Below, in pieces: positions 35,428 through 46,055 of a stretch of DNA of 64,000 bases. Below the pieces are notes generated by a model. It was not told where the DNA came from. It searched no databases and saw only the letters and a list, made by a program, of their open reading frames with translations. A program made the translations under genes and the position numbers. The stretch comes from Plasmodiophora brassicae (Eukaryota). Positions within the stretch are counted from its first letter, which is position 1. Each line of letters starts with the position of its first letter. Location: assembly GCA_036867785.1 (NCBI GenBank), contig CP145412.1, positions 1,178,001 to 1,242,000 on the forward strand. The letters are read 5' to 3'.

Positions 35428-36591
35428 ATGCAGCCCGTCTACATCGTCACCATCGTCACCATCGTCACCGTTGTCAGCTGCGGGTATTCCGGGTCGAGTG
35501 CGGGATACGCCAGCGGCACCGGCCTCGGTGGCCAATCCAGTCAGTTTCAAAACATCATGGGCCAGGCGCAGTCGTACGGCAGCGGCATCGGGTCCACTCA
35601 GAACGGACCGCCGATTCAGCAGAGCAACATGCAGCAGAACTGGGACAGCAACAACAACAACAACTTCAACAGCGGCCAGTCGTACGGAAACGGGATCGGC
35701 CCGGGCCTCGGTGGGCCGTCTCAAGGACAGCAGCAGCAATGGACAGACCGTGCACAGTCGTACAGCCCCATTGGCGCGAACTCGTCGCCTGGATCTTCCC
35801 AGAGTGGTCCTATGGGGCAAGGTGTGGGCGCGCCACAGTCCTACATCGGGACGGGCGGACCCGCATCCCCTGGCTCCTCGATGGCGCAAACTCAAGGCGG
35901 GCCTCAGTTCTACAGCAGTAATGCCGCGAACAGTCGTGGAGCGCCTGTGTCCTCCATGGCACAAGGTGCAACCGGGCCTCAATTCTACGGCGGAAATGAT
36001 GCGAATGGACCCGCGTCTCCTGGGCCGTCGCAAACGGGGCAAGCCCAGGGTGGTCAGCAATCCTACAACTCCAACGGCCTCAATGGCAACGGAATCGCGG
36101 GGTCGTCTATGGGTGGTTCGAGCCCCCAGCAGGGATACGGCCCAGGAATTACCCCATCGAACGGCAATCGAAACGGTGTCCCGCCTCCACAGTCATCCGT
36201 AGGTGGAAATGGCAACTCCAATCAAGGGCCCTTCGGGAACAGTCAAGCTCCTCTCGGCGGTTCGTACGACGTCAACCCGTCACCGTCATCCAGCTTTGGA
36301 ATGCCTCAGCAGCCTCTCAGCCAAGATGCGGTGCCGTCGGCGGGCCCCTACAGCGGAAATACCCAACGCAGCTATGTCCCTGCTCCATCAGCAAATGTCG
36401 ACAGCACTTCTGCACAGTCTTACAGTCCAGCCCCATCACCGGTCATTTCCAGATCTCGAAGGTCACGGTCGTCGTCAACGAGGTTCTCGTCCAGGAAGGA
36501 CGACTCTGCGGCCATGCCGGTCCTGGTACAGGCGTCGCAAGGCGTGATCTGTCTCATTGCGACCGTTGCATTTGCAGAATTTTTCATGTGA
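35428..36591 (+). CDS. Secreted G/S/Q/N/P-rich protein with probable GPI signal
   Basis: N-terminal signal peptide, low-complexity repeats and hydrophobic C-terminus; 387 aa single ORF. Confidence 0.8.
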   Translation: MQPVYIVTIVTIVTVVSCGYSGSSAGYASGTGLGGQSSQFQNIMGQAQSYGSGIGSTQNGPPIQQSNMQQNWDSNNNNNFNSGQSYGNGIGPGLGGPSQGQQQQWTDRAQSYSPIGANSSPGSSQSGPMGQGVGAPQSYIGTGGPASPGSSMAQTQGGPQFYSSNAANSRGAPVSSMAQGATGPQFYGGNDANGPASPGPSQTGQAQGGQQSYNSNGLNGNGIAGSSMGGSSPQQGYGPGITPSNGNRNGVPPPQSSVGGNGNSNQGPFGNSQAPLGGSYDVNPSPSSSFGMPQQPLSQDAVPSAGPYSGNTQRSYVPAPSANVDSTSAQSYSPAPSPVISRSRRSRSSSTRFSSRKDDSAAMPVLVQASQGVICLIATVAFAEFFM

Positions 36592-37761
36592 AAATCTGTT
36601 TCGATACAGAACGTTCCCATCGTCCTGGACCGGGTTGGCCGATATCAACGGTTCATACAGGGAATACATCAGGGTTAGTGATGTGGAGATCAAGACGTGT
36701 CATCGTCCGAACTGGTCGGGGTACTGGCGCCAGCCGATGTTCGTGGGTCCCATTAAAGCCAACGGCTGCAGAACGTTATCATGGTCAGCATCCAGGGTGT
36801 GACTCATCAGTCATCGACTCGTCGCGCTAAACGATGTAGGTAGCCGCTCTTCAGCGATCAAACTGCGGGACGTTGGAGAGCGACGTTGCACGCGTTGTAC
36901 CAGAAGTGCAACGTCGCTCCACGACCCGCGGCCGCTGAAGAAAGGTCTACAGCCGTAGAAATGACACCACCGACCACGACATGGCGTTCGCTCGATACGG
37001 TACCGATGTACGTGGATATGTCACCATCTGACTGCTGTTGTAGAGACTCAATCTTCTACCGGGAATGGGGTGATATCGTCACCGGCCGCTGAACTCCAGG
37101 CGAGTTCACCTGGTCAAACAAACGGCCGCGTGCACCTGTTACTCGTGCAGAAAGACGCTGCGGCGCTGTCAAACATCGACATTGCCTGCCCTGATGACCA
37201 AATCGACGACGAGGATCTGCAGGTCTGCGGTGCTCTAGGATGCCCTGGCGTTCACAGACATATCAACTGCAGTAACCACGACCGGAGTTCGTTCTATGAC
37301 TCGTCGCGATGTGGAACCGCTTTGGTACAAGCGGGATGCAGAGACTAGGAGAAAGCGGCGGCACACTAATGTCCAATAAAGAACCAGTCTTGATTTGATT
37401 AGTGGATCCTATCTCCTATAATATATGCGAGCAGATATGATCCGAATGATCAGTGGTCAACGGGCGCAACTTGACATGGTCACGAGAACGCCGCGCAACG
37501 AGAGGCTGCACCGATCGCTCGCGCGTTGTCCCGAGTGGGTACTGGTACGCGAAAACGATGATGTGATGAGTTCGGTTTCATGTGAGGATTGCGCGCGTTC
37601 CGGGCGCAAACCAGTCGAACGACAGTCGTATCAAGTGGAAGCAACGTTCCTGCCACGGGCTTTTTTCCTTGCTGCCAACGTCTTGGTCTTGGATTCCCGT
37701 GGCAGTAGCCTCACTCATTTTTTTCTCATCAACTGACCATCATCATTGAAGGAGGTCGTCT

Positions 37762-38160
37762 GCCGAACGGCGAGGAGTTGGGGCGGCCGTTGCAGCTCCA
37801 GTTGCCGAACCCAAACGAGATGGCTAAGCAGTTGCGGTTTCAGGAACAACTTGTTGAGGCAGTACAAGCCAGGCGAGTCGCTGAAGGCAGCAGGTGCTGC
37901 CGCTGAAGCCAGGCGAGTCGCTGAAGAAGCTATGGCTGTCTTTGCCGAATGGAATCGGATAGCCGATGAAGCACGCGCTGCGGCGGCTGAACGCCTCGAA
38001 AACGTGCGTCAGGAGACGCTTCGTCTAGAAATTGCAAAGCTGGCATTGCAACCGCGACAGCAGGTAAGTGTCCTATATTGTCCACTGTTCTCAATGTTGA
38101 TATGATCAGGACGGTTTTGTAGAGATATTACACGAGGGTTGGAAACGCCTGCATGACGCT
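37762..38160 (+). pseudogene. Frameshifted copy of the right-arm coiled-coil ORF
   Basis: Indel near 37885 relative to the right arm shifts the frame. Confidence 0.55.
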
Positions 38161-38798
38161 GATCGTTAGATCGCCACGCTTATCAGCTTGGCACTGATAG
38201 CCCGCCACCTGTCAACGCCAACCATGGCATAAGCTCCCACGAGTATTATTTGCTGATTGATCACGAATAGATAGCCCGTCACCCGTGATCAATCAGCAAA
38301 TAATACTCGTACGAGCTTATGCCATGGTTAGCGTTGACAGGTGAGGGGCTATCAGTGCCGAGCTGATAAGCGCGGCGATCTTCACGGAGGCGTGGAGCAG
38401 CGTCGTGCAGGTGGTTCCAACCCTCGTGTAACATCTCTACAAAATCGTCCTGATGAAATCAACATGGAGAACAGTGGGCAATATAGGACGCTTACCTGCT
38501 GTCGCGGTTGTAATGCCAGCTTTGCAATTTCTAGACGAAGCGTCTCCTGACGCGCATTTTCGAGGCGTTCAGCCGCCGCAGCGCGTGCTTCATTGGATAT
38601 CCGTTTGCGCTCGGCAGTGACAGCCATAGCTTCTTCAGTGACTCGCCTGGCTTCAGCGGCAGCCGCAGCTGCCTCTTCAGCGACTCGCCTGGCTTGAGCA
38701 GCCTCAACAAGTTGTTCATGAAACCGCAACTGCTGAGCCATCTCGTCTGGGTTCGGCAGCTGGAGCTGCAACTGCCGCGCCAACGTCTCGTCACTCGG
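37762..38798. repeat. ~1 kb palindrome: arms ~37762-38265 and 38284-38798, 18-nt loop
   Basis: Innermost 27 bp are perfectly complementary (38239-38265 vs 38284-38310). Homology continues ~500 bp per arm, and the same peptide occurs in ORFs 37746-38105(+) and 38382-38879(-). Confidence 0.97.
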
Positions 38799-38879
38799 CC
38801 CGGTCAGCCATTTTAGACATGCGGGTATAATACTCCTATTCGGACGCAGCTGAGCCGACAAGACGTGCTCAGATGTCAT
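38382..38879 (-). CDS. Ala/Glu/Arg coiled-coil ORF in the right palindrome arm (gene or gene fragment)
   Basis: Open 165-codon frame; GTAAG...TAG intron-like sequence after ...LQPRQQ. Confidence 0.35.
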   Translation of the reverse strand: MTSEHVLSAQLRPNRSIIPACLKWLTGPSDETLARQLQLQLPNPDEMAQQLRFHEQLVEAAQARRVAEEAAAAAAEARRVTEEAMAVTAERKRISNEARAAAAERLENARQETLRLEIAKLALQPRQQVSVLYCPLFSMLISSGRFCRDVTRGLEPPARRCSTPP

Positions 38880-39429
38880 CCAGGAGTGTCTCCTTGCACT
38901 AACGCTTCGACTCCAGCGAGCAATCGGTCAATCACTTGCTGGATTTGTCCTTCTCAAACTTAACATGACTTCCACTCCTATCCAAGCGGTGCGGTTGGCG
39001 GCGAGAGATATCACCAAATACAAATTAGGGCGCACCCCATAGTCGTACCACAGCAGCCAGCAGGATTGCCTCGCGCAGTCCGCACGCGGCGGGCAGCATT
39101 TCAAACGGATCGCCAGCCGTCAATGGCGAACGTTGAACTCGATCCACGTCCCGCCGGGTGCTGGTGCGCCATAGCATCACGAAGTATTTTATTAACTTTG
39201 GGAAGACGTTGCCAACCGGCTGTAGGGCCGCATCAGGGTTCTCCTGGCGTCCTGCGCGTGGCCGGTCGCAACGACATCCGTGTGTCCCATTGTCAGTCAA
39301 TACTCCAACATTACTGTCGTTGCTGTGCCGCGAAGTCGTAATATAAAGACCACGAATTGTGTCTAGACTAGTGTGATTTGTAGAATTATTTGTACGCGGG
39401 GTAGTTAATCAGGCAGACGGCGAAGCGGA

Positions 39430-39951
39430 TTACAGCCAGTTGTTGTTGCAGAACTGAGGACCGTAGCCACAGTACTCAGACATGGAGCAGCACTGGCCGC
39501 TGTCGCATCCGGCCCATCCGAAATCAGGGCCGCAGCGCGAGTCACCACGGGGCGGTCCCCAGGCGCCGTTAGGCGGGCCCATGCCTTGCCCGTTGCCGTT
39601 CCAACCGCCCTGCCCGTCGTTGTAACCGCCCTGCCAGTCGTTGTAGCCGCCCTGCCAGGCGTTGTAGTCGCCCTGCCAGTTGTTACCTTGGCCCCAGCCG
39701 CCCTGCCAGTTGTTGCCGCCTCCCTGGCCCCAGTTGCCCATCGGGCCACCGCAGTGCATTGGGCCGCTGCCACACCATTCCGAAGCCGAGCAGCATAGGC
39801 CATCGCCACATCCCGCCCATCCAAAGTCGGGACCACAGCGGCTGTCTGCACGAGGAGGGGCCCAGACGCCGTTCGGCGGGTTAATCGGAATCATCTGGGC
39901 GAACGACACCGTCGCCACGACCGCGACCGTGATCACAAGTTTCGACATCAT
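39430..39951 (-). CDS. Secreted protein with two hevein/CBM18 chitin-binding modules and a Gly/Trp/Gln/Asn repeat linker
   Basis: Signal peptide; two RCGPDFGWAGC...CCS.SE(W/Y)CG.GP..C modules; no catalytic domain. Confidence 0.9.
   Translation of the reverse strand: MMSKLVITVAVVATVSFAQMIPINPPNGVWAPPRADSRCGPDFGWAGCGDGLCCSASEWCGSGPMHCGGPMGNWGQGGGNNWQGGWGQGNNWQGDYNAWQGGYNDWQGGYNDGQGGWNGNGQGMGPPNGAWGPPRGDSRCGPDFGWAGCDSGQCCSMSEYCGYGPQFCNNNWL
39607..39730. repeat. 21-bp coding tandem repeats (heptad N-D/A-W-Q-G-G-Y)
   Basis: Consecutive gccctgcc(a/c)g(t/g)cgttgta... units visible directly in the sequence. Confidence 0.85.
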
Positions 39952-40306
39952 CCTATAGAAGGTGTTGCTATGGAGTCCTGGAAAACTAGTATGGCTCGAT
40001 GACAGCAGGTTCGCCAACGAGTCATTGCCCCCGCCACGGGTCATGGATGGCGGCGGTCTCAGCAAAGAGGTTCACCAGTGTGTGTCATTCGGCACACGTT
40101 GACCGCGACGGCGACACCAGTGTGAGTCACCCAGCAAACGTTGACCGCCGCGATGGTTCATCAGCGTTGAGTCATTAGCAGCACGTTGGTCCAGGCGACG
40201 TGAACCGTCCGTTTGAGTCAGCGGATTGCAAGATATCATGCGACGCTCGAGCGGACGTACGTGACCCGGGCGGGAATCTGTGCCTGCTTATCTTTGTTGC
40301 GTCCCC

Positions 40307-42181
40307 ATGGAGTTCTACCCGGTCTTGTACAGCCTGCTGCTGCTGGCGTCGACGTGTTACGTTGCCTTGGGGGCCGTTCAACTGTGGCGAACGCGCCGGC
40401 AATACCCGGTGAAGTACAGACGCCCAGATATCTTGCTGATCGTGATGGTGGCGTACACGGGCAACATCATCGTCGGGACGGTGCCGCACTGCCTCCCGAT
40501 GCATCTCCGCTGGGTTGGTGTCACCGAGCTCATCAGCCAGCTCGTCTTCGCAGACGTGGTGCAATCGTGCATCACGATCATCGTCGTATCGCTGTACTCG
40601 GTGTTCAACATGAGCGTCAATCACATGCGCCTGGTGAACGTGGGCGAATCGAAGCAGATGTCGGGACGACAGAAGGAGGCGGCAGTCGCCAGAATGGTCC
40701 AGTTCATATCGTACTGTAAGTTCATGCTCTCGTTGCAGTTCGCTGTCCTCTTCATCGTCGTCAACCTGGCGATTCTGCTTCTCGCCATCGTCGCCAGCGT
40801 CGTGATCAGCGAACAGTCCGTTCTCGTCGACACTGGCCTATGCCGGACCTGGCGCGCTAGCATCTGCGTCATCATCCAGACCATCGGCGAAGTCAAATCG
40901 GACATCTTGTTGTGCCTGACGTTGGCTGTCATATTCCGGTTACGTGTCGTGGTCGACGAGCTAGGCCTGAAACGGAACATCCGCCATGCGGCCGTGTACT
41001 GGCTGATCTCCATGCTCGTCATGTACGCGGCTGATCAGCTGCTACGAGACGTGCTGGAGCCCAACTGGGACCTGCCGCAGATCATTCAGATCGTCGTTGT
41101 GGATCCCGGCCGCTTCTATATTCTCGTCATGGAGCCCGTACTCGACGGGCTCAAAGTTATGCGACAGGACCCGCTAAGTAAGAGGAAGCGGGTTGAGGTC
41201 AGTGACGATGCTCGCCTGTATGCCCATTGGATGACCACACAGCATGCACAGAACCCGAACGCACACGAACTGTTCGAACAGTTCTTGAATACCAAGGGAG
41301 GATTCGAGGCATTCCGCTCGCATCTCGAAAAGGAATTTGCTGTTGGTGCGTCGTGTGGTTTTATGGGTGCGCACGTTCCTATGCGGTCCCTGAGATCGGT
41401 ACGCAACAGAAAACCTCCTGTTCTGGAAAGCGGCGACCGAGTATCGTGCCGCAAGCACGAAACGCGAAATGGAAGAGCGCAACATCTACAGGATGTATCT
41501 GGCGCCTGGAGCACCGATGGAGGTCCAGCTACCTGATGCCATGAAACAGCATTATCACGAGATGACATTTGGTCTGCGACACGGTCCTGTCGTGGAAGCA
41601 CGTGCTCGCCGTTGACGTGTCGTTCTCTAGGGGAGCACAACAGTGTCCGACCGATGACGATCAAGATTGTCGACGAGAACGAAAACGCGACCATATCATT
41701 GCAGACGACCGCACTGGCCAATGTCATCGTGTTTGACCCGGCCATCAAGGAGATCGTTTCGGCGATGCGCCATGGCGCCTTCCAACGATTCCTACAGGTG
41801 CAGTCGAACAACGAGCTGTGGGTCGCCTTCCTATACTCCCGCCAGGCGCACGGCATGTACCAGAACATGTCAGGCGGTCGCGCCACTGCCGGGAACGCCC
41901 GCACCACTAACCCAGCAGCGACAGGGTTAACCGCACCCCGACCAAGTCGTCGTACGGCGGCGGCACGGTCCCGGACTCGACGGAAACCGACACCTATGCG
42001 GCCCGCGGGCACACCGAAACCCGTCCCGCTCTCATCAACCAACTATAACAAACGCAAACTGACGAGACGTGAGTATGCTACTTATACCTGCCTAGGTAGG
42101 TGCACGTCTGGCTGTCGGGCGCGCGGCGTTTTCGGGGGCCCACAGTCGCCACCAGTCAGACCGCGCGGGGGCAACGGGTGA
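40307..42181 (+). CDS. 7TM receptor-like protein fused to an RGS domain, multi-exon; 3' end uncertain
   Basis: About 7 hydrophobic helices, then FEQFLN..GFEAFRSHLEKEFAV|ENLLFWKA...IYRMYLAPGAPMEVQL and VFDPAIKEI...AFQRF. Confidence 0.85.
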
Positions 42182-42186
42182 CAGCG

Positions 42187-44001
42187 ATGACACGGCGATG
42201 GTGGGGAGGGTTCCGCGTGTGGGCGCGGATGGCGATGCGGTCGTCGTGGCCCGTCGGGGCCAGGGTCGTGCGCATGGCGGCGATGCCGACGTTAGGCGCG
42301 GGGGCGTCCGTGGCGCTGATGTATGACGGGTGGGCGCAGCACGATCATCACCACCAGCAACAGAGGGGGCTGGCCGGCGAGGCCGCCATGTCGGAGCTGT
42401 CTGCGCGGATAAAGAAGGTCAGGGAGGCGCACGGCGCGTCGACGTGGCCGAAGGTGTCGTGGAGGATGCTGCCCGATAGCGTCATTGACGTCTGGTGGCA
42501 CCATGGGTCCGACGTCGACTGCGGCGACGTCCTCGCGCGATTGCTGACCGACCTAGGCGGGCGGATGACCGCTGAAGCCGCCTACGTCGACACGCAAGTT
42601 GATAAGTACGAAACCGTGTTGGTCCCATCTGTCGATCGCCAGTCTCAGGGGAAGTGTCAGGCCCGTGCTGAAGTTCAGCGAGCCGTCTCGCAACATTGAG
42701 GTCCTAATGGTTCGAAAGGGCTCGTCGGCAGGCATCTATCTGCGCAAGCGAGGTCACAACGTGCATCGTCCGTGGGATCGTTCGTATGCTAACTGTGTTG
42801 GCAGGGTCGTGGTCGATCGCTGAAATCGACGCTGTCGTCAAAGCGTACGAGGTTGCCTATGTTCCCGTTGCACAGGCGTCGTCAGAGTTGGCATCTCTGG
42901 GCGTACGCGTTTACCAGCCGTCAGCGAAGCTGACCTGGAGCGATCTCGCTGGGTGCGAGGCGATTGCGAAAGAGATCACTACGACTGTTATCGATTCGAC
43001 GCTGCATGCGGACCTGTTCGACGACATCATGAAGATGACTCGTGCGCGCCCGGAAAGCAATCGGCCCCGGGCGGTCCTGTTCGAAGGCAAGCTGGGCTGT
43101 TCACTTGGCAGAGTCGCACAGTCCTCACCAGGGTGCTACAGGTCATCCTGGGACTGGGAAGACAACCGCCGCGAAAATCATTGCAAGTCAGGGTTCTTTG
43201 CCGCTCGTGTTCGTGCCGCTTCAGTCGATCATGTCGATGGTAGGTGTGCGGTCAGCGTTGATGTCACGCTGCGATTAATGCCCGTTATGTAGTATTATGG
43301 GCAATCTGAAAAGAAACTTGCTGAAATCTTTTCAGCGGTCGACAAACTGGGTGACGCGGTCATCTTCATCGACGAAATCGACAGCATTGTATGATCGCGC
43401 CTTTTTGATTCGGTCGCTGTCGTTTCTGATGCTTTGCAGGCACCATCCCGAGAGAGTGACATCCATGAGGCGACTAGACGAATTTTATCCGTCATTCTGC
43501 AACGCATTGACGGCCTAGAATCCAGTGCAAGAAACAGTCTTGTAATTGCGGCGACCAACAGAAAGCAGGACCTCGACTCTGCTCTGCTTAGTCGTTTTGA
43601 TGTCGTTGTTCGGTACGCGGCCGGTGCTCTGTAATGGCTGACTGCGGGTAACCACTTTGTGTTACAGATTTAACGATCCCAACGGTGAACAACGCGCGAA
43701 AATCTTCAAGCAGTACGCTGTTCACTTGACAGATGAACAGCTGACCGCTCTAGCAGAGCAATCTGAAACACTTACTGGACGAGGTTGGCATTGTAACGGT
43801 CACGGGCATTCGTCCGACGATCTGATTTACGCTCCAGACATCCGAGACGTATGCGCACACGCAGAACGTGCCTGGGGGTCTTCCTTAATTGCCAACGCCA
43901 AACTCGCCGACCGGTCGCCCGGGTCGGTGCCTGCCTCTCCGCCGCCATTTGACCAGTACCTTGAATCGCTCCGGACTCGCCTGTCGGGCCTGCGAATATG
44001 A
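42187..44001 (+). CDS. AAA+ ATPase, single module, multi-exon
   Basis: SNRPRAVLFEG|HPGTGKT (Walker A across a GC-AG intron), VIFIDEID Walker B and IAATNRKQDLDSALLSRFD SRH. Confidence 0.88.
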
Positions 44002-44241
44002 GCATCGTCGTTAACCATTCCTTATTAAACACCATTCTCTATATCGCATGTTCACTCCGTGCACTGCGCGCCGATGAACGTCAGGGGCGATCATTGCTGC
44101 TGAACCGCGAGGGCCGTACACGTGCGAGCGGATGAGGTGCCGGGGGACGTTCGCGGACTTCGTGGCGGAGTCCGTGGGGTGGAGTGGACACTAGGTAGCT
44201 GCTCCCTGTGTCTGAGGAGCACTGCAGCTGGCCAACCTGGA

Positions 44242-45999
44242 ATGGCCGCCGTCAACGAGACCCGCACGATATCGATTGTCTCGTCCGATGGCGGCACCGT
44301 GAAAGTCCCTAGAAGGATTCTGCCGCGATGTAAGGCGCTGAAGGCGCAGCTGGACAAGTACGAACTGGAGGAGGGGCGCACCATATCGACTTTAACGTTG
44401 TGCGATATCACCGAGTCGGCGCTGAGACGCGTTATCGACTACTGCCAGTACGACTGGCCTGGCGTAGGTCTATCACATTTCCCGTTCGCCACCGGTTTTG
44501 ATTTGGCCATTCACACAGCAAGCTCCACAAACGAGGTCCTCCGGGAAAGAAGGGCCTCAGAGCAGCAGGTTTCCGGTGTCTGAGATTCTTGACGAGCCCG
44601 TGGACCCAGCATTGCTTTGCGAACTGTAATCCGCCCTAACCGGATCCACTGGCGCACTTGCACTGACTCGCCACACAGTGCGTCTGCCGCATATTACCTC
44701 GACTGCAAGCCGTTAGTCGACATCACGTGCAGAGCAATCGCCGATACGATTCGAGGGCATTCGCCCGAGGAAATCCGAAGGATATTCTCGATTGTCAATG
44801 ATTTCACTCCCGCGGAGGAAGAGAGTGTGCGAAAAGAAGGTCGGTCCATGCTCATACATTTATGTGACGCGGTATGAATTCCTGTCAGTTCTAGAACGCG
44901 TTCTGATGATGCCTGACATTGACATTTCGTATGACGACTGCTACCATGAGGACCTCGCACCGACTTGTGAATCCCACCGCTGTGGCACACCGTATTGCAC
45001 CGCCCGCGTTGAAGTCTGCGGTGTGGTTGCACCCCCACCTGTTCACTCGATGCGTGATAAGCTTCGTAGCAAACTGTTGCTTCGACAGCATCGGCCCCAG
45101 AAGGCGAAAGGACCTGCTAACCCATCCACAGCAACGGAAACACCTGCGTCGAAGATGTCGATCGATGAGATGGTCGAGTTTATTGAGAACGTTGGCCCGC
45201 AGCAGCCAAAGAAGCAGCGGTCAAGACGGAGGCGTAAAGCGCGAACGCAAACGAGATCCCAAGCATCGCCAGAGTCCCCTCCCGAAGTACATCTCATGTC
45301 CTTGCTGTCATTATGCTATGTTTTAATGGTCAGTCGCAGGAGCACGAGGATGATGAGGCAGCAGTGGACGAGCGAATGGAGAACACCGTACAGCGAATTG
45401 GTGAACCCTGCATTGTCGAGAATATCGATGACGACGATGAGGATGTCGCCGAGTCGACCTCGGCATCGGATCGAGACATACCTGCCAGTGACGAGAACGA
45501 GATCGATGCGTTCAGGTCGAGGCTGGATTCACAACATCAGCACCAACTGCAGAGTGGCGGTCTGAAGGCGCGCCTGCCCCCTGACGTATCGCAGCGTCTC
45601 GTATCCGCTCTTCGGTTGAACGATGAGGACAATGTCAACCCGGTGGATAACGCGCCTGACTTTCCCCATCGTTACGATCGTATTCGCGACCTGGAGGTCG
45701 CGGTGGCTTCGTTGCGTTCGGCGCTGTCATCAGAAACCCAAGCGAGGACCCGGGCGGAAACCAGGATCGCAGAGCTCGAAATGCAGCTGAATGCAAGAAT
45801 CGAGGCCACAGAGGCATTGTGCAGGCAATTGGAATCGCGGTTCAGACAGGAATGTGCTGCTCGGGCGCTCGTCCAGGAAAAGATCGATCGACGGCAGAAC
45901 GCCCTGGAGCGGTTTCTCATCACAACGCAACCTGCCGATTCTAGAACGGAGACCCCAGCACTGTTTGCTGGCAACGGCATCAGTACGCCGCCTCCCTGA
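44242..45999 (+). CDS. SKP1-like protein with long C-terminal extension and coiled coil, multi-exon
   Basis: [14 protein letters not shown] and [45 protein letters not shown]; then RDKLRSKL and [10 protein letters not shown] motifs. Confidence 0.85.
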
Positions 46000-46055
46000 C
46001 CGCCGATTGAAGCAGTTAATAAAGGATCTGTACATATTATTATAAAGTACATGTA

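Noticed and set aside
37425-37736. ORF fragment with CEDC, vaguely DUF4211-like
   Set aside because: Could not assemble a coherent spliced gene; similarity too weak.
39100-39215. Minus-strand peptide ...TFAIDGWRS resembling an hAT transposase DGW motif
   Set aside because: Only a few residues match and the frame stops immediately; not supportable without a search.
39346-39372. Weak hairpin followed by CTAGACTAGT as a second Helitron end
   Set aside because: The stem is only ~5 bp and there is no linked Helitron coding relic.
39607-39730. Regular repeats as a CRISPR-like array
   Set aside because: Contiguous in-frame coding repeats without unique spacers, in a eukaryotic gene.
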